Of a DNA stretch of 64,000 nt, positions 20,376 through 31,754 are shown piece after piece. The stretch is from positions 3,480 to 67,479 of the forward strand of contig JABDCH010000001.1 of the NCBI GenBank assembly GCA_013288205.1. The letters run 5' to 3'. This DNA is from Bacteroidota bacterium (GTDB lineage: Bacteria; Bacteroidota; Bacteroidia; JABEUT01). Every line of letters starts with the position of its first letter. Position 1 is the first letter of the stretch. A model generated the notes under the pieces. That model made no database searches. It was given only the letters and a program-made list of their open reading frames with translations, and was not told the DNA's origin. Position numbers and translations under genes: made by a program.

Positions 20376-22223
20376 TTACACAAAGCTTTGTAAGTCGTAA
20401 AGCTTTTTATACACACCGTTCTGAGAAAGTAAAGCAGCGTGGGTACCGCGTTCAACAATATGCCCACTTTGCATTACAATTATTTCGTCGGCGTTTTTAA
20501 TGGTAGAAAGCCGGTGGGCTATTACAATAGATGTGCGGTTGGTCATCAGTTGAGTAAGGGCATCTTGTACCAGTCGTTCCGATTCCGTATCGAGCGCCGA
20601 GGTAGCTTCGTCCAAAATAAGTATAGGTGGATTCTTCAATATGGCACGGGCAAGGCTCATGCGTTGGCGTTCACCGCCCGACATCTTGCCTCCCCTATCC
20701 CCTATATTGGTTTCATAACCATTTTCCATACGGCTGATAAACTCATGTGCATGGGCTACTTTGGCAGCTTGTATAACCTGCTCGTCGGTTACATTTTTCA
20801 TGCCGAAAGCGATATTGTTTTTAACCGTATCGTTAAACAATACAGTATCCTGCGTAACAATCCCCATCAGGTTGCGGAGTTGTGAAATACTCAATTCATT
20901 CAGGGGGATTCCATCAATGGTTATAGAGCCACCCGTAGGGTCGTAAAAGCGAGGCAACATATCGGCCAATGTACTTTTACCAGAACCCGATTGCCCGACA
21001 ATAGCAATGGTTTTACCCTTCGGAATTTTTAAATTAATATCCTGCAAGGCATAGCCTGCATCGCCGCGCTGGTAGGCAAACGATACATTCTTAAATTCAA
21101 TTTCTTTCTCAAAAGCATTTATTGGGTGCGGATTTGCAATTTCGGTTACCGTTATTTCAGCATGTAATATTTTATTTATTCTTTCCAGGGAAGCTAGTCC
21201 TTTTTCTACATTAAAATAGGCAGTAGAAAAGGCCTTTGCAGGAGGAACTAATTGTGAAAATAAAGCTACATATGCAATAAATACAGGGGCATCAAGAATA
21301 TGCTTAGGGCTCCAAACAAGGTTTCCGCCTACATATAAAAGTATTGCTAATACAATCGAAACAAGCACCTCAGTAAGCGGGGAAGCGAGGTCAGTTTTGC
21401 GATACACACGGTTCATAATAGCAGTATATCGGTCATTCTCCTCTCGGAATTTGGTATGTACAATTTTCTCTGCGGTAAATGCCCGGATAATACGAATTCC
21501 ACCAATAGTTTCTTCAATCATAGAAAAAAGCGTACCCATCATGCCTTTTGCTTTCGAAGAACTTTTGCGTAAGGTACCTCCCACTTTAGCAATGAGAAAG
21601 GCAGTAACAGGCAATAAAATAATAGCCAGAACCGTTAAATGCGGACTGAGAAAAACAAGAGTTATAATAATTAAAAGGATATTGAGAGGATTAACCGTTA
21701 TCATTTCCAAGGATTGCATAACCGACCACTCTATTTCTGTAAGGTCATTGGTCATGCGTGCCATAATGTCGCCTTTTCTTTCAGCAGAATAATAGGAAAG
21801 CGGCAACACCAATATCTTATCATATATTTCATTTCTTAAATCTTTGATAACCCCATTACGAATAGGTGCCATATTATATGCAGCCAAATAACGGAATCCA
21901 TTTTTGAGAAGAAAAATCACAATCAAAAAAATACACAGGAAAATCAGTACAAACTGAACACCATATTCATTAGTGAGGAGTTGCATGTAATATTTGGATA
22001 TATCAGATACCCAAGCTCCACTGAAATGAAATTCAGGCCTTGAAGTAAACATAACCTGTTTATCTTGGGCATTTTGGGAGAGGATAAGTACATTTAAAAA
22101 TGGAATTATACCTACAATAGAGAACACCCCGAACAATATAGAAAATGTATTTGCAATTACGTTAATAATTGCATATTTCTTATAGTTTCTAAGATAACGG
22201 AGTATTTTGCCTAAGCCTTTCAA
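20376..22223 (-). CDS. ABC transporter, fused permease/ATPase (MsbA-like exporter family)
   Basis: Six N-terminal TM segments. Walker A GQSGSGKST, ABC signature LSGGERQRMSLARA, Walker B ILILDEATSALD. Confidence 0.9.
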   Translation of the reverse strand: MKGLGKILRYLRNYKKYAIINVIANTFSILFGVFSIVGIIPFLNVLILSQNAQDKQVMFTSRPEFHFSGAWVSDISKYYMQLLTNEYGVQFVLIFLCIFLIVIFLLKNGFRYLAAYNMAPIRNGVIKDLRNEIYDKILVLPLSYYSAERKGDIMARMTNDLTEIEWSVMQSLEMITVNPLNILLIIITLVFLSPHLTVLAIILLPVTAFLIAKVGGTLRKSSSKAKGMMGTLFSMIEETIGGIRIIRAFTAEKIVHTKFREENDRYTAIMNRVYRKTDLASPLTEVLVSIVLAILLYVGGNLVWSPKHILDAPVFIAYVALFSQLVPPAKAFSTAYFNVEKGLASLERINKILHAEITVTEIANPHPINAFEKEIEFKNVSFAYQRGDAGYALQDINLKIPKGKTIAIVGQSGSGKSTLADMLPRFYDPTGGSITIDGIPLNELSISQLRNLMGIVTQDTVLFNDTVKNNIAFGMKNVTDEQVIQAAKVAHAHEFISRMENGYETNIGDRGGKMSGGERQRMSLARAILKNPPILILDEATSALDTESERLVQDALTQLMTNRTSIVIAHRLSTIKNADEIIVMQSGHIVERGTHAALLSQNGVYKKLYDLQSFV

Positions 22224-22384
22224 TGATAAGTGAAAGTGAGAGTTAAAAATTGATAATTGGTGCGCTAAATTACCAAATTAAAGACGCATAGCTACGATAA
22301 TGTTTTAAAATGAGATTGAAAATCATAATATAGGCTGAACGCTACCGTTTAGAATTTATACAGAACATCATTTAAACTATCCGA

Positions 22385-22392
22385 TAACTTTG
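22385..22392 (+). promoter_or_regulatory. Bacteroidota -7 element (TAnnTTTG) upstream of the TPR gene
   Basis: taactttg lies 31 nt before the ATG at 22423. Confidence 0.3.
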
Positions 22393-22422
22393 TAGTCTTT
22401 CCCCCTTTATCTTTATACCCTC

Positions 22423-24363
22423 ATGATCTCATCTAAAATCCGATATACCGTTATATTTTTCCTTATTTATTCATTGCCTGCCTTTTCGCAGCTTAACCTG
22501 CGTGCATATATGGATGAAGCCCGGAAGGACATGAATGAGAGAAATTATTTCGACGCCATACAAAAATTAGATGTATGCATTGAAATAAATCCGAACGAAT
22601 ACGTGGCCTATTTTTACCGGGGGGTTTGCAAATATTCCTTGAAAGATAATTTGGGTGCAGAGCTGGACCTGAACAGCTCCATGTCGGCTTATAATCCTTT
22701 ACTCTATGATGCCTACCATTACCGCAGCCTGGTAAAATATCGCCTGGGCGATTATGAGGGAGCGGTAAAAGACATAAACCATGTGATTGAAGGAACAGCC
22801 AATAATCTCGACCCGGAATTATATGTTGAAAGAGCATTTTTCAAACTTTCCGACCAGGATTTTAAAGGTGCATTGGGCGATTGCAATACGGCACTTGCTA
22901 ATCATTACGCAGGCGAAAATGTTTACCTCTGCAGAGGAATGGCTGAGAATGCACTTACCCATTACGATAGCGCTTTAATAAACTACGCTATTGCCATCAA
23001 ATTGAATCCAAAGGATATTGATGTGTACCTGAGAACAGGCATGACCGATTATACGCTGGAAAAATATACCGATGCCATTATACAATACAACAAGGCATTA
23101 AAAATAGATTCAGCCTCCACATTTGCTTATTTTAATCGCTCGGAAGCCTACATAAAATTAGATAGTACCAAACAGGCGCTTACTGACTTGAATACCGTAA
23201 TTACGTTTGACCCGATGAATGCTGTCGCTTATTTCAACCGGGCTGTTTTGGAAGCAGGTAAAAATCATTATACCGATGCGATTACTGATTTCGATAAGGT
23301 GCTGACCATAAATCCTAAAAATATACAGGCGCTATTTAACCGGGCCAACATAAAATCGCAAATAAAGGATTACCACGGCGCATTAGCCGATTATAATTCG
23401 GCCATTGATTTGTTTCCCTACTATGTAGAAGCCTACTATGAACGGGGCAAAATAAAAGAAGCGCTGAAAGACTATAACGGGGCAAAATCGGATTATAGAA
23501 TGGGTAAAATAGCCGCCCAGATAACGCATTTGGGAGATACCTTGCAAAAAGCCCACGACTCGGCAGCGTTGGTAAGGTTGATGGCATTAAACTCCAACTT
23601 TTCGAGTGAAACCCAAAAACTGTCCGACACTACCCACATTGATTTATTACCGCTTTACCGGATGACGGTGAAAACCGCTAACCGCGAAAATGCAAACTGC
23701 ATACCTGTATTGCTGAAAAAAATCCATAAGGAATATATCCACTTTTGCCTCACCAACAAAGAAGCTTCCATTGCGGATACATCGAAAGAAAACGCTTCTG
23801 TAATGAGGAATGAAAATGAGCAATCGGGCGATGCATTGCTGGAAAAAGCCGTATCGGAAACCAACATGCAGCTATTCAGCGCAGCCTCTGCCGATTATAC
23901 CAAGCTGATTACCGAAGATACCGCTTCTGCCATAAATTACTTTGCACGCGGAGTTAATATGTGCCGGAAAACAGAAATACTAGGGCAACTGAATAACGAC
24001 CAGCAATATTCTTACGTAAATAAAACATACAAGGTTGCCAATAATCCGTCGGTTGAGGGATATGAAAAAGCTATTGCCGACTTTAACAAAGTGATACAAT
24101 TAGAACCCGACTTTGTATATGCCTACTACGACCGGGCTTATGCAAAATATAAGCTTCAGGACTTAGAGGGTGCCATACAAGATTATAACCAAGCCTTGCA
24201 AATTGATCATGATTTTACCGATGCGTATTATAACCGGGGGTTATTGCTATTCTTACGAAGCGATAAAATAGATGCCTGCGAAGATTTCAGCAAGGCGGGA
24301 GAATTAGGCTTAACGCAAGCCTATCTCATCATTAAAACATATTGTACAGAAGTTACGAAATAG
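22423..24363 (+). CDS. Tetratricopeptide (TPR) repeat protein with signal peptide
   Basis: Many 34-residue repeats with the AYxxRG/AYFNRA pattern (AYFYRGVC, AYHYRSLV, AYFNRSEAY, AYFNRAVLE, ALFNRANIK, AYYERGKIK, AYYDRAYAK, AYYNRGLLL). N-terminal signal peptide. Confidence 0.85.
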   Translation: MISSKIRYTVIFFLIYSLPAFSQLNLRAYMDEARKDMNERNYFDAIQKLDVCIEINPNEYVAYFYRGVCKYSLKDNLGAELDLNSSMSAYNPLLYDAYHYRSLVKYRLGDYEGAVKDINHVIEGTANNLDPELYVERAFFKLSDQDFKGALGDCNTALANHYAGENVYLCRGMAENALTHYDSALINYAIAIKLNPKDIDVYLRTGMTDYTLEKYTDAIIQYNKALKIDSASTFAYFNRSEAYIKLDSTKQALTDLNTVITFDPMNAVAYFNRAVLEAGKNHYTDAITDFDKVLTINPKNIQALFNRANIKSQIKDYHGALADYNSAIDLFPYYVEAYYERGKIKEALKDYNGAKSDYRMGKIAAQITHLGDTLQKAHDSAALVRLMALNSNFSSETQKLSDTTHIDLLPLYRMTVKTANRENANCIPVLLKKIHKEYIHFCLTNKEASIADTSKENASVMRNENEQSGDALLEKAVSETNMQLFSAASADYTKLITEDTASAINYFARGVNMCRKTEILGQLNNDQQYSYVNKTYKVANNPSVEGYEKAIADFNKVIQLEPDFVYAYYDRAYAKYKLQDLEGAIQDYNQALQIDHDFTDAYYNRGLLLFLRSDKIDACEDFSKAGELGLTQAYLIIKTYCTEVTK

Positions 24364-24570
24364 GTCTATGCTTCATAGGTGTAAATACCATACAATAAAT
24401 CAAAACTACCATTCAACTGATAAAACGCCCCTCATAATAATTAGGGCTTGACAACTGTTATAGTATTTATAGTTTTGTACGTAAAGATACCCAACGCTTT
24501 ATGTATTTGTTTCGTTTTGACAGTAAACGCTCTTTTCAGCCGATAACAGCACATTAAGAATACAATCCAT

Positions 24571-25617
24571 ATGAAATCACCTCTACGGTTCCTTTTTATA
24601 CTGCTTCTTTTAAGCCCCACATTGTTATATGCGCAACAAGCGCCTAAAGCAAATTTTTATACCACATTTCCGTCTGTTTGCGATACTCCACATTCAGTAT
24701 TTTTTTTAAATCAATCAAATGGACCTCCCACCAGTTGTATGTGGTATTTTCCCGGGGCGATACCTGATACATCTACCGCTTATAATCCAACGGTTACTTA
24801 CACACAGTTAGGTTACCACTCCGTCAAATTAGTGGTAAGGAACAATTACGGCTCCGACAGCCTTACCCAAAACAATTACATTTTTGTAGATAGTTTACCG
24901 CATATAAAATTTATTGGTTCAGATACTATATGCTTCGGAAGCAAAGCTACCCTTGAGGTGATTGGCAGCAAGGGATACCACTGGAGCACGGGAGCAACTA
25001 CCTCTGCCATACAAATAACAGGCTTTTTCAGTTTTACTTATACCCTACAGGTAAGCAATGGCGTATGTTATAAGGATACAGGCATTAGCCTTTATGTAGA
25101 TTCGTTGATGCAAATAACTTTTAAAGGCGACACCACCCTTTGCTTGGGCGACAGCACTATTATTTATGCCACCCCGAAATCATCTTCCTATCACTATTTA
25201 TGGAGCACCGGTTCCACCTCCGACAATATAAAGGTATCCGGCAAAAAAACCGGTTCCTATACTTACTATCTGTCAGTTAAACACGATAGTTGTTCGGAAG
25301 ATTCTTTACCTGTAACTATCAATGTATACAATTGCACGGGCATAGAGAACTACCATAACGTTTCGGGTTCAATAGTTGTTTATCCTAACCCAAGCAACGG
25401 TTTATTTAATCTTGAAATTAGGAATGAGGAATTAGGAGTTAATAATACAGTGGAGGTTTACAATATGCTTGGAGAAAAAGTGTATTCACGATTCTCCGCT
25501 TTCAACTCTCCATTTTCAATTAATTTAAGTGGCGAGCCCAACGGTATTTACCTGTACAGGGTAATTAATGAAATGGGAGATTTAATTGGTACAGGAAAGC
25601 TATCTATCCAAAAATAA
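24571..25617 (+). CDS. Secreted Ig/PKD-like repeat protein with T9SS type-A C-terminal sorting domain
   Basis: Signal peptide MKSPLRFLFILLLLSPTLLYAQQ. Repeated ..GYHWSTGATTSAIQI.. and ..YHYLWSTGSTSDNIKV.. units. C-terminal VYPNPSNGLFNLEIRNEE...VEVYNMLGEKVYS...GIYLYRV...GKLSIQK. Confidence 0.8.
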   Translation: MKSPLRFLFILLLLSPTLLYAQQAPKANFYTTFPSVCDTPHSVFFLNQSNGPPTSCMWYFPGAIPDTSTAYNPTVTYTQLGYHSVKLVVRNNYGSDSLTQNNYIFVDSLPHIKFIGSDTICFGSKATLEVIGSKGYHWSTGATTSAIQITGFFSFTYTLQVSNGVCYKDTGISLYVDSLMQITFKGDTTLCLGDSTIIYATPKSSSYHYLWSTGSTSDNIKVSGKKTGSYTYYLSVKHDSCSEDSLPVTINVYNCTGIENYHNVSGSIVVYPNPSNGLFNLEIRNEELGVNNTVEVYNMLGEKVYSRFSAFNSPFSINLSGEPNGIYLYRVINEMGDLIGTGKLSIQK

Positions 25618-25647
25618 ACTATATATTTATAACTAACCACCTCTACT

Positions 25648-27402
25648 ATGAAAGCAAAGAATTTACTAAAATCATTTATTTGTTTCATTTTATTATGTAG
25701 TTCTTCACTTGCTTTTGCCCAGTCGTGGAATTGGGGAAGAGCAGGATACGGTGCAGGTTTAAAACCTCAATGCTATTGCACATCTGTAGCTTCAGATATG
25801 TCGGGGAATGCATACATCACAGGTTACTATTCTAGTCAAGTATCATTTGGCTCCGATACTTTATCTAACAATGGTACTAATAGTGCTTTTCTTGCCAAAT
25901 ATGCTCCGAACGGAAACTTGATTTGGGCCACTCAAGCCCTTAGTGATAGTGTATATTCAACTGGTTATGGATATTCTGTAGCGACAGATGCATCAGGTAA
26001 CAGTATCGTTACTGGGAGTTTTACCGGAATAATTACGTTTGGAAACTACCAGCTATCTTCAGTATATGATTATAATGCTTTCTTTCTAGTTAAATATGAC
26101 CCCAGTGGAAATGTTCTTTGGGCAAAACAATCTGTCACTTCTATTGGGAACTATTACATACAAACATATGGATACTCTGTTACAACTGATAAAAACAACA
26201 ATATATATGTAGCAGGCAGCTTTTCAGATACCATATGGGTAGGAAACTATGAGTTAACTACAGCAGGTCAATCGGCTCCATTCCTTGTTAAATATGATGC
26301 GAATGGAAATGTGCTGTGGGCAAAAACAGCCAATACCCGTTCTGCCAAATCATCTTCATCTGCCATTTCTGTTACTGCTGATAGCAAAGGAAACGCTTAC
26401 CTTACAGGTAGTTTTACGGGCGATTTTTTATTTAACTCCCACAGCCTGGTGAGTCTCAATGTCCCTTCTGCCTTTTTAGTTAAGTATTCGGGCAGTGGCA
26501 ACGTAGTGTGGGCTAAACAGAGTGACAATATAACTCTTGTTACTAGTGAGGCATCCGCAACTTCGGTTATTACGGATATTGTAAACAATGTGTATATCAC
26601 CGGCAGCTTTTATGATAGTGTGAAATTTGGTTCTCAAATCCTTTATTCTCCCAATTATTATTATAATTCTTATGGCTCTGCCTTTTTAACAAAGTACGAT
26701 ACCAATGGAAATGTTATCTGGGCTAAGCAATCATCCTTGGGAATGAGTGGCAACTCATTAACCGCAGACCCGTCAAGTTATGCTATATACCTTGGTACAA
26801 CTAATAACTTAGTTGACACTACATTCTCTTTTAGCAAGTTTTCACTCCATATTGCTCCCTGGGCCGACAACAGTAGTTTTTTATGGAAGTTCGATACCGC
26901 CGGCATTGCCATTTGCGGCTCTGCATTAGAAAATGCCGGTTATAATAATACGACAAGTATATGCTGTACCTCTGCAAGTGGATTGGTCTATCTTTACATG
27001 GCAGGGAACTTTATTAATACCGACTCAGTTACCTGTGGACCTGATATTCTGTTCTCGTACAATGGTGGGTATTCAAACATATTCGTTGCCCGCTGGAACA
27101 ACTGCGCTGCCGATGCAGGAATAAATGATGTGAAAGGTGAAAGTGAACAGGTTAAAGTGTATCCTAACCCAAGCAACGGAGAATTCACCATAGTTGAAAG
27201 TGGAAAGTTGAATATGGAAAATGAAAAAAGTAATATAGAAGTTTACAATATGCTAGGGGAAAAAGTGTATTCACAATTCTCCACTCTCAACTCTCCATTT
27301 TCAATTAATTTAAGTGATGAGCCCAACGGAGTTTATCTGTACAGGGTAATCAATGAATCAGGAAGTTTAATTGGAAATGGGAAATTAGTGATTGAGAAAT
27401 AG
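25648..27402 (+). CDS. SBBP-type beta-propeller repeat protein with T9SS type-A C-terminal sorting domain
   Basis: Signal peptide. About 9 repeats of the ...D.SGN.Y.TG.F.......G........AFL.KY...GN.LWAK pattern. C-terminal VYPNPSNGEFTIVESGKLNMENEKSNIEVYNMLGEKVYSQFSTLNSPFSINLSDEPNGVYLYRV. Confidence 0.85.
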   Translation: MKAKNLLKSFICFILLCSSSLAFAQSWNWGRAGYGAGLKPQCYCTSVASDMSGNAYITGYYSSQVSFGSDTLSNNGTNSAFLAKYAPNGNLIWATQALSDSVYSTGYGYSVATDASGNSIVTGSFTGIITFGNYQLSSVYDYNAFFLVKYDPSGNVLWAKQSVTSIGNYYIQTYGYSVTTDKNNNIYVAGSFSDTIWVGNYELTTAGQSAPFLVKYDANGNVLWAKTANTRSAKSSSSAISVTADSKGNAYLTGSFTGDFLFNSHSLVSLNVPSAFLVKYSGSGNVVWAKQSDNITLVTSEASATSVITDIVNNVYITGSFYDSVKFGSQILYSPNYYYNSYGSAFLTKYDTNGNVIWAKQSSLGMSGNSLTADPSSYAIYLGTTNNLVDTTFSFSKFSLHIAPWADNSSFLWKFDTAGIAICGSALENAGYNNTTSICCTSASGLVYLYMAGNFINTDSVTCGPDILFSYNGGYSNIFVARWNNCAADAGINDVKGESEQVKVYPNPSNGEFTIVESGKLNMENEKSNIEVYNMLGEKVYSQFSTLNSPFSINLSDEPNGVYLYRVINESGSLIGNGKLVIEK

Positions 27403-27747
27403 ACCTTTTTAGGGAACCCTCCTAATTCACGTTTTGAACTGGTTATTCTAATTTGTTTATAAAAAAACGGGCTTTCACCCAACGTTTAAAAAACGACATC
27501 CGTTTACCCTTAAAATGAGATGTGGATAGAAAAGTATTTTATCAATAAATCGGAAGTTATTTGTATTGATATTCTGACATTTGTAAAATTATCTTTAATC
27601 CCCGAAAACAAGCTTTAAACAAAGAATAACGTAATTTTAACGATAACACAAGGTCTGTACTGAATTTTTTATTAAATTGGCCCCGTCTATTGTATCCCTC
27701 AATATATAACCTAACATACCGACGTTGCTACTAAACAACTTCTAGAA

Positions 27748-30700
27748 ATGAAACAAAAATTACTGATATTATTATTGCCCGCGTTTCTTTATATTACAGG
27801 GATCAATGCTCAAAATGTTCGATTCCCGCTCTATAACCCTAATGGCAACAATACAGGGGTAAAAGATCAAAACACTACTGAAAGCTTAGTTTATTCATGG
27901 GATTCTACCTTAGGCTCTGTTCAAAAACAAGTAAATGCAAGCAATCAAAATTTTAATGCATTCATTCAGAACTACCAAACCTATCTCGATTCGGAACGTT
28001 CAGCCATCTACCCACAAGTAAAGAAAGGCAAATTAAATACTTCCAATTTTCAGCCTTACATTAATAATAAAAAACTAGCGCTGGTTGAGCTCTACAATAA
28101 TTTTTCCAATAATAAAAATAACCTGAAAACACCTAAGAGGTTATTTCCTACGTATAATGCCCCCACCTGCGATTCTGCCTGCACCAATATGAATTTTATA
28201 ACCGGAGATTTTACCGGGTGGTATGGGTATTACGAGGTTAATAGCTCAGGGGTTAATAACTTCAATTTTACCGGTATAACCGGGGGGTATTTAGGCGCCG
28301 TTAATAAAGCCTGTTTCGACCCCAATACCAGCAGCTATCAAATGCATATTACTACAGGCGGCAATGACTATCTGCTACAAACTTATGCCAGAATTAGCAT
28401 GTCGCAGGTATCGCCCTGGGGGTTTGGTAATTCGGTGATGTTGGGAGATAGCACCATTCCTAACTCGGGTATGGCTATATTAAGTCAAAAATTCCAGGTT
28501 ACCGCCGTTACCAATAGCATAACGTATGCCTATGCCATCCTTATAGAAAACCCTTCAAGTCATAGCTATCATGAGCAGCCATTTTTTAGTGTAACCCTGT
28601 TCGATTCCAGTGGTGATACGATATCAAACTGCGGGAAATATTTCGTTTCCGCCGGTCCCGGACTGCCTGGCTTTAAAGGAATATGGTATTCTCCGGAAGG
28701 AGATACTGTGTATTGGAGAAATTGGACACAAGTTAACGTTCCGCTCGATAAATATGTAGGCCAATGCGTAACTATCCAATTTATGGTTGGTGACTGTTCA
28801 TTGGGCGGGCACTTTGGATATGCCTATGTGGATGCATCGTGCGAACAGTTTTCCATTAAAGCGTCTTCCCCCACAGGTATTATATGCGGCCGGCACGGAA
28901 CGGTCACACTCAGTGGTCCTTTTGGTGCATCGGCCTATCAATGGTCAGGCCCCAAAGGTGGTATACTTAGTAGCGACACCATTGAAAATATAACTGTGGA
29001 CAGTGCAGGCCAATATACCCTGATACTAACCCCTGTTACGGGCGATTTGTGCCAGGATACGCTTCATTATACTGTAAAAGGACTCGATTCTCTGGTTGCA
29101 ACTGCTGCCGTTAACAGCCATATAGCTTGTTTCGGGGGAACCGGAACCGGAATAGCAAAGGCCATTAACGGATATAGCCCCTACGGATATCAATGGACGG
29201 CCCCAGGCGGAACAAATGCCATAGGTACAGGTCTTGTTGCAGGTAACTATACTGTAACCATAACAGACTCTAACGCTTGCTCGGCTACAGCTACTTTAGT
29301 AATGACCCAACCCACCCAATTAACTGCCACCACAAAAATTACACCTGCCACTTGCGGCAACAGTAATGGAACAGCTACTGCCAATCCGAACGGAGGCGTG
29401 GGACCATACGTTTATGCATGGGCGCCGGGTGGCCAAACCAACAAAACAGCCACCAATCTTTCATCTAAAACTTACACATTAACAGTTACCGATAAAAACG
29501 GTTGTACTACTACTGCAACGGCCGTTATACCTCCTTCTGTTGTTACAGCCGCCGTAAACGCAACCACATCGGTAAGTTGTTTCGGAGGTAGTGATGGAAC
29601 AGCCACTGTTACACCCAATGGAGGTATATCGCCTTATGCTTATTCCTGGTCACCTAAGGGAGGCACCGGTGTTACGGCCACCGGGTTGAGTGTCGGAAGT
29701 TATACTGTAACCGTAACCGACAGCAGCGGATGTACAACCACCGCGGTGGGTACTGTTGCTCAGCCTGCAGTATTGGTGGCAAATATAAGCGGAATTAATA
29801 AAATATTATGTAACGGAGGCGTAGGAACCGCCACCGCCGCAGGAAGCGGGGGAACAGCACCCTACAACTACGCCTGGTCACCTATCGGCGGAACCGCTGC
29901 TATCGGAACAGGATTATCGGTGGGAACTTATACGGTAAACGTAACTGACAAAAATGGATGTACAGCCTCTACCAAGGTAGTTATGACGCAGCCTGCAGCA
30001 ATCAGCTACGTTGTAAGTTTCACCAAAGCTACATGCGACCAGGCCAACGGAACCGCCAGCATTGCAGTGGCCGGAGGAGCAACCCCTTATACGTATGCAT
30101 GGAATCCTTCCGGCGAAACCACGGCAACCGCCACAGGACTGAAAGCAGGAACCTATAATGTTTCCGTTAACGACAATAATAATTGCACAGCCAGTGCAAC
30201 GGTAACAGTTACACAACCTACCCTGGTTACAGCCAGTGTTACTATCAACAGCCAGGTAAGCTGCAATAATGGTGCCGATGGATCGGGCTCTATTACGGCC
30301 TCCGGCGGAACAACTCCTTATGTCTATAACTGGAATCCGGGTGGAAATACCAATGCCAACGCGACCGGCCTGTTCGCTTTAAGTTATACGATAACGGTAA
30401 CCGATGCTAACGGATGTACCGCTACCGCTGATGCATCGCTCACGGAACCTACTGCCATACTGGTTAACATTACGGAACCCAGACTCATTTGTAAAGACAG
30501 TACAGGGGATTTATTTGCCAATGCATCCGGCGGAGCCCCCCCTTTTAAATATGCATGGAGCGCAGGATGTTTAGCCACCACCAGTACAGCCCAGATAACT
30601 CCGATTACAACCATCAACTATTCGGTAGTTGTAACCGATGCTCATGGATGTACGGCAAGCGCGCAAATTATCCTTCAATTCGGACCATCGTTTGCTTCCG

Positions 30701-31722
30701 AAATAACCGGTAAGAAATCAGTCTGCATTGGCGATTCTACATTCCTGTGCGCCAAAGCACTGGGCGGAGTGGGTTTAGATACTTATATATGGGAACCCTC
30801 CGGCAACACTAACTCGTGTGTATATATTGCTCCGGGCAATGTCTCGTCTGTCGATTATACTGTTGCAGTTGTAGATGGCTGCGGTGCTACTTCTACGGTA
30901 AGCACCACCATTACTACCGACCCCTACCCTTCCGTTAACATGTATGCCAATTTTTATGATGGTTGCGCCCCTTTCTGTATGCAATTTCATAACGCATCCA
31001 CTATACCGCTTGGAAAACTGGTACAATACAATTGGATACTTGGAAACGGGGATACCCTGAGCTCAGAGAACCCGCTCTATTGTTATAAATCAAGCGGTCA
31101 ATTTGATGTAACTCTTGCTGTAACATCAGACAGTGGCTGCAGCGCAAGCCTGACTAAGAAAGGCATGATTACGGTATACAGCGCTCCGCAGGCTGCCTTT
31201 ACCTATTCACCTCAGCCGGTAACCATCCTTACTCCTACTGTCCAGTTTACCGATGAAAGCCGCGACAAATATGGTATCGCTTATCACTGGTGGACTTTTG
31301 GCGATGGCACTGATTCAATCAGTAACACAACAAATCCTACCCACACTTACCAGGACACAGGCACCTACTGTGCAAATCTGATTGTAATGAATGCCCGTGG
31401 CTGTTCAGATACTATAACCAATTGCCTGATTATAGGCCCTGCCTTTACACTATATATTCCTTCCGCCTTTACGCCCAATGGTAACGGACTGAATGATGTG
31501 TTTAAACCGGTAGGCGAATACATCAAAAATTTTGATATGTATATTTTCGATAGGTGGGGTATGGAAATATACCATACTTCCGATATGAATACGGGCTGGA
31601 ACGGCGCTGTACACGGAGTTGGCGCAATATGCCAGGAAGATACCTATATCTATAAAATAACCGTAACCGACTCGCAGGGCACCCTGCATTCCTATGTGGG
31701 TAATGTGAGCCTGCTGAAATAA
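27748..31722 (+). CDS. Giant cell-surface adhesin (1324 aa), paralog of 3960-7943: SprB repeats, PKD domain, gliding-motility type-B C-terminal domain
   Basis: Signal peptide MKQKLLILLLPAFLYITGINAQ. The same Cys-bracketed N-terminal domain (CDSACTNMNFITGDFTGWYGYY...VDASCEQFSI). SprB repeats. C-terminal YIPSAFTPNGNGLNDVFKPVG...FDRWGMEIYHT...GNVSLLK. Confidence 0.9.
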   Translation: MKQKLLILLLPAFLYITGINAQNVRFPLYNPNGNNTGVKDQNTTESLVYSWDSTLGSVQKQVNASNQNFNAFIQNYQTYLDSERSAIYPQVKKGKLNTSNFQPYINNKKLALVELYNNFSNNKNNLKTPKRLFPTYNAPTCDSACTNMNFITGDFTGWYGYYEVNSSGVNNFNFTGITGGYLGAVNKACFDPNTSSYQMHITTGGNDYLLQTYARISMSQVSPWGFGNSVMLGDSTIPNSGMAILSQKFQVTAVTNSITYAYAILIENPSSHSYHEQPFFSVTLFDSSGDTISNCGKYFVSAGPGLPGFKGIWYSPEGDTVYWRNWTQVNVPLDKYVGQCVTIQFMVGDCSLGGHFGYAYVDASCEQFSIKASSPTGIICGRHGTVTLSGPFGASAYQWSGPKGGILSSDTIENITVDSAGQYTLILTPVTGDLCQDTLHYTVKGLDSLVATAAVNSHIACFGGTGTGIAKAINGYSPYGYQWTAPGGTNAIGTGLVAGNYTVTITDSNACSATATLVMTQPTQLTATTKITPATCGNSNGTATANPNGGVGPYVYAWAPGGQTNKTATNLSSKTYTLTVTDKNGCTTTATAVIPPSVVTAAVNATTSVSCFGGSDGTATVTPNGGISPYAYSWSPKGGTGVTATGLSVGSYTVTVTDSSGCTTTAVGTVAQPAVLVANISGINKILCNGGVGTATAAGSGGTAPYNYAWSPIGGTAAIGTGLSVGTYTVNVTDKNGCTASTKVVMTQPAAISYVVSFTKATCDQANGTASIAVAGGATPYTYAWNPSGETTATATGLKAGTYNVSVNDNNNCTASATVTVTQPTLVTASVTINSQVSCNNGADGSGSITASGGTTPYVYNWNPGGNTNANATGLFALSYTITVTDANGCTATADASLTEPTAILVNITEPRLICKDSTGDLFANASGGAPPFKYAWSAGCLATTSTAQITPITTINYSVVVTDAHGCTASAQIILQFGPSFASEITGKKSVCIGDSTFLCAKALGGVGLDTYIWEPSGNTNSCVYIAPGNVSSVDYTVAVVDGCGATSTVSTTITTDPYPSVNMYANFYDGCAPFCMQFHNASTIPLGKLVQYNWILGNGDTLSSENPLYCYKSSGQFDVTLAVTSDSGCSASLTKKGMITVYSAPQAAFTYSPQPVTILTPTVQFTDESRDKYGIAYHWWTFGDGTDSISNTTNPTHTYQDTGTYCANLIVMNARGCSDTITNCLIIGPAFTLYIPSAFTPNGNGLNDVFKPVGEYIKNFDMYIFDRWGMEIYHTSDMNTGWNGAVHGVGAICQEDTYIYKITVTDSQGTLHSYVGNVSLLK

Positions 31723-31754
31723 AGAAAAACCTATTTTATTTGTTCTACTACAAA

